The notes beneath the pieces were generated by a model. It saw only the letters and a list, made by a program, of their open reading frames with translations, made no database searches and was not told the DNA's origin. Shown in pieces: positions 1 through 8,552 of a DNA stretch of 64,000 bases. This DNA is from a virus (Duplodnaviria; Caudoviricetes): IMG/VR virus record IMGVR_UViG_2898710591_000002, positions 7,401 through 71,400 of that record; one strand, 5' to 3'. Position numbers and translations under genes: made by a program. Within the stretch, counting starts at the first letter, position 1, and each line of letters begins with the position of its first letter.

Positions 1-94
1 GTTTAATACGTGCTAAGATGCCAACTTTGCCTAATGGGTCTTTAAGCTTATGCAGCCCGCGCCTAAACGCTTCGGTTTGGTTAATATCAATCAT
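1..94 (-). CDS. 5' part of a RelE/ParE-superfamily addiction-module toxin (HI1419-like), running off the window edge
   Basis: Hand translation from ATG at 94: MIDINQTEAFRRGLHKLKDPLGKVGILARIK..., which resembles the N-terminus of HI1419-type killer proteins. Not in the ORF track. Confidence 0.6.
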   Translation of the reverse strand, partial: MIDINQTEAFRRGLHKLKDPLGKVGILARIK

Positions 95-254
95 AAAGTT
101 AGATTGTTAGAAAGCTAATAATTAGTTGTAAACTTTCGGATAATAGATAACAAGTTATGATTGTACTGGCTGCGCTTTTTATGGGTCTATATAAGCATCA
201 GGCACAAAAAAACAGACTGTCATGCCTGCCCATTTAGCTTTATACCTAAGAAAA

Positions 255-482
255 GCTGCTTAAACTGCTTAAATTGGCTATAACGTATGATATGCAAGGG
301 ATTAGCTTAAGTTAGGCGTTTGCGTAAGGTTGCTTAAACTGCTTAATCTTGTCTTAAATTGGCTTGTTTTAGGCTGAGTTTAACCAATTTAAGCAAGCTT
401 AAGATTTGGCAGTCCTAACACAAAGCCCCTAACTGTATGGGCTAAGGGCGATTTAAGCAGTTTGAGTAAGATTTCTTAAGCA
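255..482. repeat. Iteron-like GCTTAA / CTGCTTAAA repeat cluster (putative satellite ori)
   Basis: gctgcttaaactgcttaaattggc (~256-279), ttgcttaaactgcttaatcttgtcttaaattggc (~330-363) and inverted copies ttaagcaagcttaag and ttaagcagttt...ttaagca (~389-482), directly downstream of the DUF3987 gene. Confidence 0.6.
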
Positions 483-488
483 TTAATA

Positions 489-2033
489 TTAATCGTATAA
501 CTTTGGATTAATGAATATCACTTTACTTCGTCCCTCCATATCTTGCCTAATATGGTTAGCAGACTCTAGTTTGTCTAACTCAATCTGTAATAACTTAGTG
601 TTCTTACGCATGGGGTTGGGCGCATTGTTAGCGATATACGTTCTATTCAGCTTATGCGGATTTTTATTACGCGCTTTATCCACCAGCCAGTTACTTAACT
701 TTTCGCTGTCGTTCAGCTCACCTGTAGGCGTGGCATCGAGGTAGCGCAAGCGCTCACTGGTGGAATACTCAACCAACATAAAGGCGCGTTTTATATCATG
801 AGTGGTTATCACTTTACGCCCCTCAAAGAATACCATCAGTGACGCTATACGGCTGGCATTTTCTGCCATGCGTGACGCATAGGCTTTAAGGTACTGTAAG
901 TCACCGCCGCATGCCTGTCTGTTTTCAATCACCTGTGTATGTTCATAAAAGGTTTGTTCGGCTCGATCGTCTGCCCACTGCATAGTTATACGCTGTGGCT
1001 GGCCTTGCGCGCTTGTAGTAGTATTATATGGCGCGGGATCAAGTAGGCTTTGGCAGCGCGTCCAATACTCTATCAAATGGGGGTTGTTGTTTGGGTCATC
1101 ACGGCGGCGCTGCTTACTCACCCAATCACGCTTACCGCGTAAGTCCTCAGGGCAAGCAATAAGTGCCCGCGCTAAAAACCCTTGCCCATTCATCATGGGA
1201 TCAGTAAGGGCGGGTTCTAAAATAATACGCTGGCCTTGAAGTAATAGTGTCATGCGAACGTCATAAGCATCGGTGCGCGGTGTGGCGTGGGCGGACCTTT
1301 GCGAGCGCACTCGGGATACTTCACCATTACTATATAGCGTGGTCAATGATGATAGCGCGCTGCCTGCTGTGTCCCCTGTCATGGTGTGACCATTAAAAAA
1401 TTGCCCTGCCTCGTCTGTCGTCCATGACGCATTGGTGATCTGTCCACTGATAAACATATCAAGGATTGGTTCTATTGTGGCCTCATTGAACAAGGCTTTT
1501 GGGTTGGCGGGCATTGGCATGTCGTTTAGGTACTTTTTTAAATCAGCGCCTTTTAAGCCTGCCTTGTCCGCCTCCCACGTAGCAAGATCTTTTAAGTATT
1601 TCTCATATTGCTGGCTCTCATGCTCTTTGATTTTAAAATGAGTAAGACCCATTGTCTGTGTTTTTCCTGACCCACTTTCGCCCTCAGTAATCAGAATTAG
1701 GCTTGTAGGCATATTATGGCCTAGTGGACTGTTTACAAAACGTTGACCTATATGTGCGAGTGCCCCTAAAACACATTGCCCCGCCATCGCAAGTGGTACC
1801 TGTGCATAATAGGCCACGGCCTCAATCACCGCCCTTAGAAGGCCCGTAAATGCATTGATCGGATAAGGTGTGGGCGTGCTTAGATCGCTGCTCAATGGCT
1901 CAGGGTCAGACCATTGCTCATTTTTTATGCTATTATTAACATGATCACTAGATTGACAGTCGCATGTGAATTTATTGTGGTCGGCAACGCTCATGCTACC
2001 AACATGAGCGTTTCTATTTTTTGTTTTATTCAT
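489..2033 (-). CDS. DUF3987/YfjI-like P-loop replication protein of satellite
   Basis: Walker A GESGSGKT, 'DEAG' Walker B-like motif, 'GFLARAL' motif and N-terminal WxxPxPL...YP pattern. Start set at 2033, overlapping the alpA stop. Confidence 0.75.
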   Translation of the reverse strand: MNKTKNRNAHVGSMSVADHNKFTCDCQSSDHVNNSIKNEQWSDPEPLSSDLSTPTPYPINAFTGLLRAVIEAVAYYAQVPLAMAGQCVLGALAHIGQRFVNSPLGHNMPTSLILITEGESGSGKTQTMGLTHFKIKEHESQQYEKYLKDLATWEADKAGLKGADLKKYLNDMPMPANPKALFNEATIEPILDMFISGQITNASWTTDEAGQFFNGHTMTGDTAGSALSSLTTLYSNGEVSRVRSQRSAHATPRTDAYDVRMTLLLQGQRIILEPALTDPMMNGQGFLARALIACPEDLRGKRDWVSKQRRRDDPNNNPHLIEYWTRCQSLLDPAPYNTTTSAQGQPQRITMQWADDRAEQTFYEHTQVIENRQACGGDLQYLKAYASRMAENASRIASLMVFFEGRKVITTHDIKRAFMLVEYSTSERLRYLDATPTGELNDSEKLSNWLVDKARNKNPHKLNRTYIANNAPNPMRKNTKLLQIELDKLESANHIRQDMEGRSKVIFINPKLYD

Positions 2034-2298
2034 AGCCACTCTCCTGTACGTTATGAACAGGATTACCATGACTTTCTAGCCATTCTAAAACTTCAGAGTT
2101 TTTCCATGCCACCATAGTTGGTGATAATCTCACACTAGCAGGAAATCTACCATCACGACTCCATTCATGTAAAGTAGTACGCCCGAATGGTAAAAATGGC
2201 AGGATATCTTTAGCCCTACTTAAGCCCTGTGGTGGGAGGTATAAAGTATTCTCTTTACTAGAAGTCCTTGAGTGAGCAGGGAAGGGTGCATTATTCAT
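2026..2298 (-). CDS. alpA: AlpA-family excisionase/regulator
   Basis: LPFGRTTLHEWSRDGRFPASVRLSPTMVAWKNSEVLEW is the typical AlpA wHTH signature. Confidence 0.85.
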   Translation of the reverse strand: MNNAPFPAHSRTSSKENTLYLPPQGLSRAKDILPFLPFGRTTLHEWSRDGRFPASVRLSPTMVAWKNSEVLEWLESHGNPVHNVQESGYE

Positions 2299-2372
2299 TA
2301 TTCATCTCCGTTCAACCCGTAACGCCATGTCACGGTATGAACGGCATGATAGAAGATATTATTAAAGATTTG

Positions 2373-2405
2373 CCCTAATTAGGGTTTTATAGGTCCTAGT
2401 TAGGA
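2373..2405. promoter_or_regulatory. Pair of palindromic operator-like sites upstream of alpA
   Basis: CCCTAATTAGGG (2373-2384) and TCCTAGTTAGGA (2394-2405), centres 21 bp apart. Confidence 0.45.
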
Positions 2406-3104
2406 TTCGATTGATATCACTTACTCTGTTCATGAGCAAGTTTTAACCAGTTTGCTATTGCATCGACACTTAAAGAGTTACCTTGACGCTCAATAGCTGC
2501 CTTAATGACTCCATTGCTTTCTTTGGAGGAAGGGAGAGTAAGATCTAACTTTAAGAGCTCGCTAGCTAAAGCGGATATTATTTTTGCAGCATTATTAGCC
2601 GTTCTTGGATGTAATTCGTCAGTAGATTTCTTGGAATTTAGCTTATTTTTTAAATCCTCTATTTGAGTATTTTGTTGACTTATAAGTCTATTAGCTTCCT
2701 TTATATCATTAGTCAATTTAGGAGTTAAATTAATACTTTCAATTCTATGAAGAAGATGATTTAAATCTTGGCTTGAAAATTTCAATTCGCAAATTTTTTC
2801 AAGTTTTATCATTTCCTGATAGTCACTATCAGGCATATGTAATACCCAGCCTAAAACCTCATCCTCTTTCAATGTAGGGGGTAGATTATCCTTATCACGT
2901 AATTTATTTTTATGGTCTAATAATATACCTGTATGATCATCTTTATTATAATCAAAAGGATTATTAGATATAAACTTCACATGATAAGATATCGGATTAA
3001 GATCATTAATACTAACTTTTAAACCTAAATTATTAAGTATTACATTATTAGGAGAGATACGAAATATACCTTCACTATAGTAGGCAATATTGTTTTTACT
3101 CATA

Positions 3105-4018
3105 AGACCTCTTGCAAAAGTCATAGGTTAAGCTCGGAATTAATGATACCAGCAAACAGCTTCATTCTAAGATCATAGCGCTGACGACGGTTGCGATATT
3201 TATGAGCCACGATTTTAAACAACTTTATTAAGCCTATTTTGTGTTCAACCACAATACGGAACTTTGCCAGATAGTGATTGGCCTGTTTGCATATCTCCAA
3301 TAACTGACCACCACGAGGTTTCTTAAATGGTGTGAAGGTTTGCTTATGTAGATTTGCTATACCCTGATAACCACTGTCTGCTAGATAGTTAGTATTCTCA
3401 GGTAACCAATCAGGACAAGTATCTTTATACAGCTTAAAATCGTGGATTGACCCTTTACAGGTTTGCACATCAAGTATCAAGCCGGTTTGCCAATGGACGA
3501 TAACCTGCGCTTTTAAGGTGTGTTGTTTTTTCTTGCCGCTGTAGTAGTCGCTTTGGTTTTTTTTGGACGCTCAATTGGGGTTTCGGTGGCATCGACAATG
3601 ACGACTGACCAATTGATGTCCTCATCAACACGACTAGGCAGCTTTTTAGGCAATTCAAACTTGCCAGAGTCAATCAGTGTGTCTTCTACTTTACGAATGA
3701 TACGGCTAGCAGAAGACTCATGAATACCAAAGTCCATACTGATATGATAAAGCGTGCGGTATTCACGCCAATAAGTCAGGGCTAGTAGTATCTGCTCCTT
3801 AAGACTGAGCACACTTGGTCTACCTGATTTGGTCTTAGATGCTTCATGCTCTTGCATGGCATCAAGCATGTCATAAAAGGTGGCTTTATGAATGCCAGTG
3901 TAGCGTTTAAAACCAGCGTCACTTTGTTTGAGTAGCTTATCTATGTTTGGCATATCTATTATGTAAGTAGCATTCAATAATATACGTTGTGTCTTACAAC
4001 TACTTTTGCAAGAGGTCT
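3105..4018 (-). mobile_element. IS5-family insertion sequence (914 bp)
   Basis: Perfect 17-bp terminal IRs AGACCTCTTGCAAAAGT (3105-3121) / ACTTTTGCAAGAGGTCT (4002-4018), flanked by ATA target duplications (3102-3104, 4019-4021). Confidence 0.92.
3121..3977 (-). CDS. IS5-family DDE transposase, expressed via a -1 frameshift at an A8 run (3557-3564)
   Basis: OrfA has an HTH and VDATE. The -1 frame gives PKKNQSDYYSGKKKQHTLKAQ...ADSGYQG...RIVVEH, the IS5-type DDE motifs. Confidence 0.85.
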
Positions 4019-4360
4019 ATATCATACTTATCTACAAAAGTAGTAAGTAGCTTTTTGGTCTGATATATTAATGCATCTATGTTTAACGAACTATCATATC
4101 TTTGTGGATTTAAAAGTTCTTTTAACTCTAAATTAAGGATGTCTTCGTTAATAGTAGCGGACAACTTTTTTATAGTATCTTCACGACTCTCTGCGTAGAC
4201 TGATGTAACACTATTAATTAAACCTTTGTAATGAACATAAGGTGTCAGTATTTGAGCATCGATAAAGCTTTTTATTTTCTGATCATTATTAAGTTTAGGG
4301 TCAGATGATTCAGCTAATTTGTTTTTAACTTCATCGAGAGTATAAAATTTTTTTAAATGA

Positions 4361-5560
4361 TCAGACATATTTGTTATCCTTTTCTTGAAAGTTACTTAAG
4401 TAGTCCGCCCACTTATTCATCATATCTCGACGATAATCTAAATGTTGAGCACCGTTATATGCTTTACTAATTTTGTTCTCTTGCTCATGGGCGAGTTGTA
4501 GCTCTATAGCCTCATGCATATAGCCCTGTTCATGAAGGGTGGTGCTTGCCAGCCCTCGGAAACCATGCCCCGTCATTTTGTATTTATAACCCATCTGATA
4601 AAGCGCGTTAATAAAAGCATTTTGACTATAAGGTTTGCGAGTGGATGGGTTATAGAATACATACTGCTCTGAAAAATTCAGCTCTTTAATTTGTTGTAAT
4701 ATATCTATGACCTGTGGTGCAAGAGGCACAATGTGAGGTCTATCCATCTTCATTTTGTCTGCAGGTATACGCCAAATTTTATCCTTCCAGTCGATTTCTG
4801 ACCATTCCATAAATCTGATCTCATTAGTTCGTACAAAGGTATAGCATAAGAACCATAGACCTAGTTTGACTGGGATATGGCCAGTGTAGTCATTGATATC
4901 CTGTAAAAGTTTTGGTAACTCTTTTGACGTAATACGGCTGTGATTTTTAGTCTTATGCGGTTTGATTGCCGCTGATAAATCTGCCGCAGGATTTGACGTT
5001 GCTATACCTATGCGAATAGCATGTTTAAATATCTGTCCAACCTCTGCCATAATTCGTCGTGCCATCTCATTAGCGCCACGTGCTTCAACATTCTTACCGA
5101 TTGTCAAAATGTCGGGTGGGGTAATATCATCAATCAGTTTATGACCAATAATTGGTTTTACATCACGAGTATAGGCTGAATAATTTCGGCTAAATGTACT
5201 GGCTGCTAAAAAGGTTCTGCGGTCTGCATACCAAGCCTGAGCAATAGTATCAAAAAGCTTCGAACCATCCTGCTCAGCGCGCTGTTCTTTTTTCTTATCT
5301 TTTGGGTTAATACCTTCATTGATCAGCTGCTTTATTTCTAGATTACGCTGGCGTGCCTGCTGTAATGTAATAACTGGATATTTGCCCAAAGTGAGCGATT
5401 GCTGTTTACCCTGCCAGCGATAAGCGCTGACCCAGACTTTGTTCCCAGTATGTCTTACCCATAGCTGTAGACCGTCACCATCACTATGCTTGTCAGGGCG
5501 GCTAGGGGTACATTTTTCGCTTGGGGCTAACTTATTAATGATAGTATGAGTTAATGGCAT
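4361..5560 (-). CDS. int: P4-like tyrosine integrase of the satellite
   Basis: N-terminal arm-binding domain (DGDGLQLWV...LGKYP) and catalytic R (VRTNE), HGFR, LAH and AY motifs. Confidence 0.92.
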   Translation of the reverse strand: MPLTHTIINKLAPSEKCTPSRPDKHSDGDGLQLWVRHTGNKVWVSAYRWQGKQQSLTLGKYPVITLQQARQRNLEIKQLINEGINPKDKKKEQRAEQDGSKLFDTIAQAWYADRRTFLAASTFSRNYSAYTRDVKPIIGHKLIDDITPPDILTIGKNVEARGANEMARRIMAEVGQIFKHAIRIGIATSNPAADLSAAIKPHKTKNHSRITSKELPKLLQDINDYTGHIPVKLGLWFLCYTFVRTNEIRFMEWSEIDWKDKIWRIPADKMKMDRPHIVPLAPQVIDILQQIKELNFSEQYVFYNPSTRKPYSQNAFINALYQMGYKYKMTGHGFRGLASTTLHEQGYMHEAIELQLAHEQENKISKAYNGAQHLDYRRDMMNKWADYLSNFQEKDNKYV

Positions 5561-5636
5561 GTTGGTATATCTCCGCGTTGGTATAATCTATACCAACAAA
5601 TATACCAATATTCTATATGGTTCGCCACATACCAAG
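5561..5636. repeat. Arm-type integrase binding repeats (TTGGTATA / TATACCAA)
   Basis: gttggtatat, gttggtataa, tataccaac, tataccaat and cataccaag between the int start and the att core. Confidence 0.6.
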
Positions 5637-5663
5637 ATATTCGTAAATCTCGCAAAACCCCAT

Positions 5664-5700
5664 AAAAAAAGGCTTGCCGCATCGCTGCGAACAAGCCTGA
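5664..5700 (-). terminator. Rho-independent terminator just after the tRNA 3' fragment
   Basis: Minus strand: aggcttgttcgcagcgatgcggcaagcc followed by T7. Confidence 0.65.
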
Positions 5701-5708
5701 TTCAATAT

Positions 5709-5756
5709 ATGGTGGGCCCAGTAGGACTTGAACCTACGACCAAAGGATTATGAGTC
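5709..5756. repeat. Prophage att core, left copy (duplicated 3' 47 nt of the tRNA plus 1 nt)
   Basis: ATGGTGGGCCCAGTAGGACTTGAACCTACGACCAAAGGATTATGAGTC, identical to 59182-59229. Confidence 0.95.
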
Positions 5757-5931
5757 TTATACTCGGTTAAAATACATACTAATACATATCAATAAATGGC
5801 AATAGATAGCAATAAAAACACTTTTAATTCATACACTTAAGTGAGACATAACGATAAATGGCAATATATAATTATTGTGTAACGATAATTACAGAGTGCC
5901 CAAGAAGTTCTCATGGGTACTTTTGCTTGCC

Positions 5932-5968
5932 AAAAAACAGCCCTACGGCCAGACATGGCCGTAGGGCA
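5932..5968 (-). terminator. Terminator ending the early-left operon after xis
   Basis: Hairpin gccctacggcca-gaca-tggccgtagggc with a T-run on the minus strand. Confidence 0.7.
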
Positions 5969-6016
5969 GGGCAGGAAAACCGTAACGACCTTCTAAGAAA
6001 GATTTGCAGGCCGCCG

Positions 6017-6295
6017 CTACGCATATTGCGCGGTACACTGGTAGGCCTCGTTGGTTAGGTAGTCGTCCAGATCGCGTTTGTAATAAACGATACACTTGTG
6101 GCGCGGCTTAAAAAACGGTATGCCCTTGGTGTTTGTGCAGCGCATTTTTTGCAGTGTTGCGGTGGACACACCAAGGTAGCTGGCCGCGTACTCAGGCGTC
6201 AACGGTGTGTCGTCCGGATTGTTAATAACAAACTGCTTCATCTTCATTTTTTCGTCTTCAGTGACGTTTTTCCATAGCTTCTTAGCCATTATCAT
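6017..6295 (-). CDS. Excisionase-like HTH protein
   Basis: LTPEYAASYLGVSTATLQKMR...GIPFFK...YYKRDLDDYL (MerR/HTH_17 pattern); last gene before att. Confidence 0.75.
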   Translation of the reverse strand: MIMAKKLWKNVTEDEKMKMKQFVINNPDDTPLTPEYAASYLGVSTATLQKMRCTNTKGIPFFKPRHKCIVYYKRDLDDYLTNEAYQCTAQYA

Positions 6296-6301
6296 TCTCC
6301 A

Positions 6302-6445
6302 TCAAGCCATATTAAAAGTTACTGATGCCTCAACATCAAATTCAGTGCCGCACTTCGTACAAGTAGCGGTCACAATGTCACCGTCACATACCAAGTCTTC
6401 GCAGGTATAACCGCCGCCGCACTCAGGACAATTAGCATCACCCAT
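6302..6445 (-). CDS. 47-aa zinc-ribbon protein
   Basis: Hand translation MGDANCPECGGGYTCEDLVCDGDIVTATCTKCGTEFDVEASVTFNMA has two CxxC pairs and fills the gap between neighbours. Below the ORF-track cutoff. Confidence 0.7.
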   Translation of the reverse strand: MGDANCPECGGGYTCEDLVCDGDIVTATCTKCGTEFDVEASVTFNMA

Positions 6446-6713
6446 TGGACGCCTCGTCTAAACATTCACGCGCATTCTTGATGTGAGCGCGTAACTTAAT
6501 ATTTTCGCCAGCTAAATTTTGAATCTTCTGACGTAGTGCGATTAAGTCTTGCTGGTCCTTCTTGCGTGCGACCTCATAATCATGACTGACCGCGCTTTCA
6601 ATCATGTCGGCAAACTGCTTGGTGCCTGGTAGCAGGGTGTAACTTCCATCGTCTTCTTTGCTTGCCGCCATGAAGCACGCTTTTGCCATTTTTACCAATC
6701 TTTCATCATTCAT
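6438..6713 (-). CDS. Phage hypothetical protein (coiled-coil)
   Basis: Operon-consistent ORF with a GGAG RBS. Confidence 0.65.
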   Translation of the reverse strand: MNDERLVKMAKACFMAASKEDDGSYTLLPGTKQFADMIESAVSHDYEVARKKDQQDLIALRQKIQNLAGENIKLRAHIKNARECLDEASNG

Positions 6714-6745
6714 AAAGAAAAGCTCCTATATTAAAATGTTTGCTG

Positions 6746-7249
6746 TTACTGCTTTTTGTCGGTTATCACTCGCTCAGACAAATCCACATAGCAACCCGCT
6801 ATCTTCATGTTTTTAAGGTATTCAGCGTTTTCTTTACCGTAAGCCACTAGAACACTTGGCGCTCCGGCTGTACCACCTTTCTCACCTTCTACCGTGTAGA
6901 AACTCAGGCGACCTTTGATAAAAAATATCGCGTCGGCTTTTCCCCATACTGAGTTAAAAAACATTCGCGTTTCAGTGCGAGCAAAAACAAGTCCGATTGC
7001 ATTACCATAGTCGGCACACTTATCTAGCCACTTCTGCGTTTCTTTACCGTAGGGCGGATTGCAGAACACACGCCCTTCCCATTCTTTGTGCAGCCCTTCG
7101 TCCTCTATCGTGTAATGTTTCTTGGCGGTATCCCACGGCCTACCAATAGGCGAGCATGGGTCTAAATCAAACTCGCCCAATGCAGCCAGAATATGTGGCG
7201 GCGTTAGCCACTCGTCTTTTTGTGCTTCACGCTCAAAACTTACATCCAT
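6746..7249 (-). CDS. Phage DNA N6-adenine methyltransferase (small Dam-like type)
   Basis: DEWLTP, FDLDPC, VFCNPPY and ARTET motifs. Confidence 0.85.
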   Translation of the reverse strand: MDVSFEREAQKDEWLTPPHILAALGEFDLDPCSPIGRPWDTAKKHYTIEDEGLHKEWEGRVFCNPPYGKETQKWLDKCADYGNAIGLVFARTETRMFFNSVWGKADAIFFIKGRLSFYTVEGEKGGTAGAPSVLVAYGKENAEYLKNMKIAGCYVDLSERVITDKKQ

Positions 7250-7260
7250 TTCTGTATTCC

Positions 7261-8019
7261 TTACACGTTGATATTAATATTTCTGGTTATGGCATCGAGA
7301 CACGCCTTAACCAGATAAGCGTTGTCATGGTTTTTTATAATCCACTGCAAGTAACTGCGATCAGTGACCGCTACATCTTTGATGGCCTTGCCTTGGTGCT
7401 TACCAAACGTAAAAGTAAGCGGTATTCGCGCCTCTTCGCTGGCAAGGTATAACTGTTCCATACTCGTGATATTGCCTAGCTCGCATAAGTGCTCAAGCAG
7501 CCATAGCGTAAACGTCACATCGTAACCAGCATTGTGAGCATTGCGGCAATACTGACGCGCCAGATCAGGATTAATCGCGTAGGTGAGTGCGCCTAGTGAG
7601 TGACTGTCCAAGTCTGGCAGTAATCGACGCGCCAGCGCTTGCGTGCAAATCGCTTTGTACTGGCTAACATCGACACCAGCATTGGCCGCGACTTGAATGT
7701 CGAAATCCACGTTATGGCCGATAATATACGCTTCACCGACTGGCAGATATTGCGGCACCACAAGCTTATGGTTTCGGTAATCCTTTACGTCGTCTGGCGT
7801 GATGTGACTGACTGCCATTGCGCCGTAGCTGATTGTGCGGTCAGGACAGCAATTAATGGTGTGGCTAGGTATTCCGTCACCAATATCGCTATACATCATT
7901 TCAGCGACAATATAACCATCTTCATGAAAGCGTATGTTTCGATACCCAAGCTGCGTCGCTTCCGCTTCCTTGCTAACATCGGTTGCTTCAAAATCAATTA
8001 TCATTGCTGGCGTGTTCAT
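7261..8019 (-). CDS. DEDDh 3'-5' exonuclease (ExoX-like) with C-terminal FGKHxG domain
   Basis: IDFEAT, GHNVDFD and AHNAGYDV motifs; C-terminal FTFGKHQGK...YLQW. Confidence 0.85.
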   Translation of the reverse strand: MNTPAMIIDFEATDVSKEAEATQLGYRNIRFHEDGYIVAEMMYSDIGDGIPSHTINCCPDRTISYGAMAVSHITPDDVKDYRNHKLVVPQYLPVGEAYIIGHNVDFDIQVAANAGVDVSQYKAICTQALARRLLPDLDSHSLGALTYAINPDLARQYCRNAHNAGYDVTFTLWLLEHLCELGNITSMEQLYLASEEARIPLTFTFGKHQGKAIKDVAVTDRSYLQWIIKNHDNAYLVKACLDAITRNININV

Positions 8020-8552
8020 GCTTTTTCTTCCTTAACAAATTCTTCCCATAGGTAATCGTAAGAGAACGGCTTAACCAACCCCATAACTGGCTTTGGTTTA
8101 TCGCGCTCAGCCTTAAGTGCTTCAACGTCAATTTCTTTAGGAAACTTAGACATGTCTTTTTGCGCTCGTACTACAACATACGACTTACTCATAATGACAG
8201 CGCCGCTACCGTTACGCGCTGCATCAAACGCCATGTTTGCAGCATCCGGTATGGTGCGCTTATCACCATAGCCTTGATAATCAATCGTGGCACAGTACAT
8301 CTCACCATCCGCCATACATACATGGCCGGTCACAACAAACTTGCGTGGCGACTCTAGTATCTCTTTGCGCTTGTCAAAGCTCGTCCAATCATCAAAATAC
8401 TCGGTCCGACTCTTGACTTGATCACCAGTAAGTGAAGCATCGAGGGGTATCTTCATATATCCTTCGTACATTTCAGGCTTACTGGCTTTAACCTGGTTCG
8501 CCTTTTTAATTGCCGCCTTCTTACGCTTATCACGGTTTTTAGCCTTAGCCAT
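8016..8552 (-). CDS. Phage hypothetical protein
   Basis: Overlaps both neighbours; basic N-terminus. Confidence 0.65.
   Translation of the reverse strand: MAKAKNRDKRKKAAIKKANQVKASKPEMYEGYMKIPLDASLTGDQVKSRTEYFDDWTSFDKRKEILESPRKFVVTGHVCMADGEMYCATIDYQGYGDKRTIPDAANMAFDAARNGSGAVIMSKSYVVVRAQKDMSKFPKEIDVEALKAERDKPKPVMGLVKPFSYDYLWEEFVKEEKA

Larger units (their letters stand above)
2417..4368 (-). pseudogene. Satellite hypothetical gene (~344 aa) split by an IS
   Basis: Removing 3105-4018 plus one ATA copy joins ...FVDKYD to MSKNNIAYY... in frame, fusing ORFs 4000..4368 and 2417..3124. Confidence 0.85.
1..5708 (-). mobile_element. Phage-satellite/PICI-like integrative element (left end outside window)
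   Basis: P4-type integrase next to the duplicated tRNA 3' end, followed by a hypothetical gene, AlpA, a DUF3987-type protein, iteron-like repeats and a TA toxin. No structural genes are visible. Confidence 0.75.

Noticed and set aside
5559-5753. 64-aa plus-strand ORF
   Set aside because: It runs through arm repeats, a terminator and the reverse complement of the tRNA fragment, so it is likely spurious.
5710-5756. Second tRNA gene
   Set aside because: Only the 3' 47 nt are present; the D-arm and 5' acceptor strand are missing. It is the att duplication.
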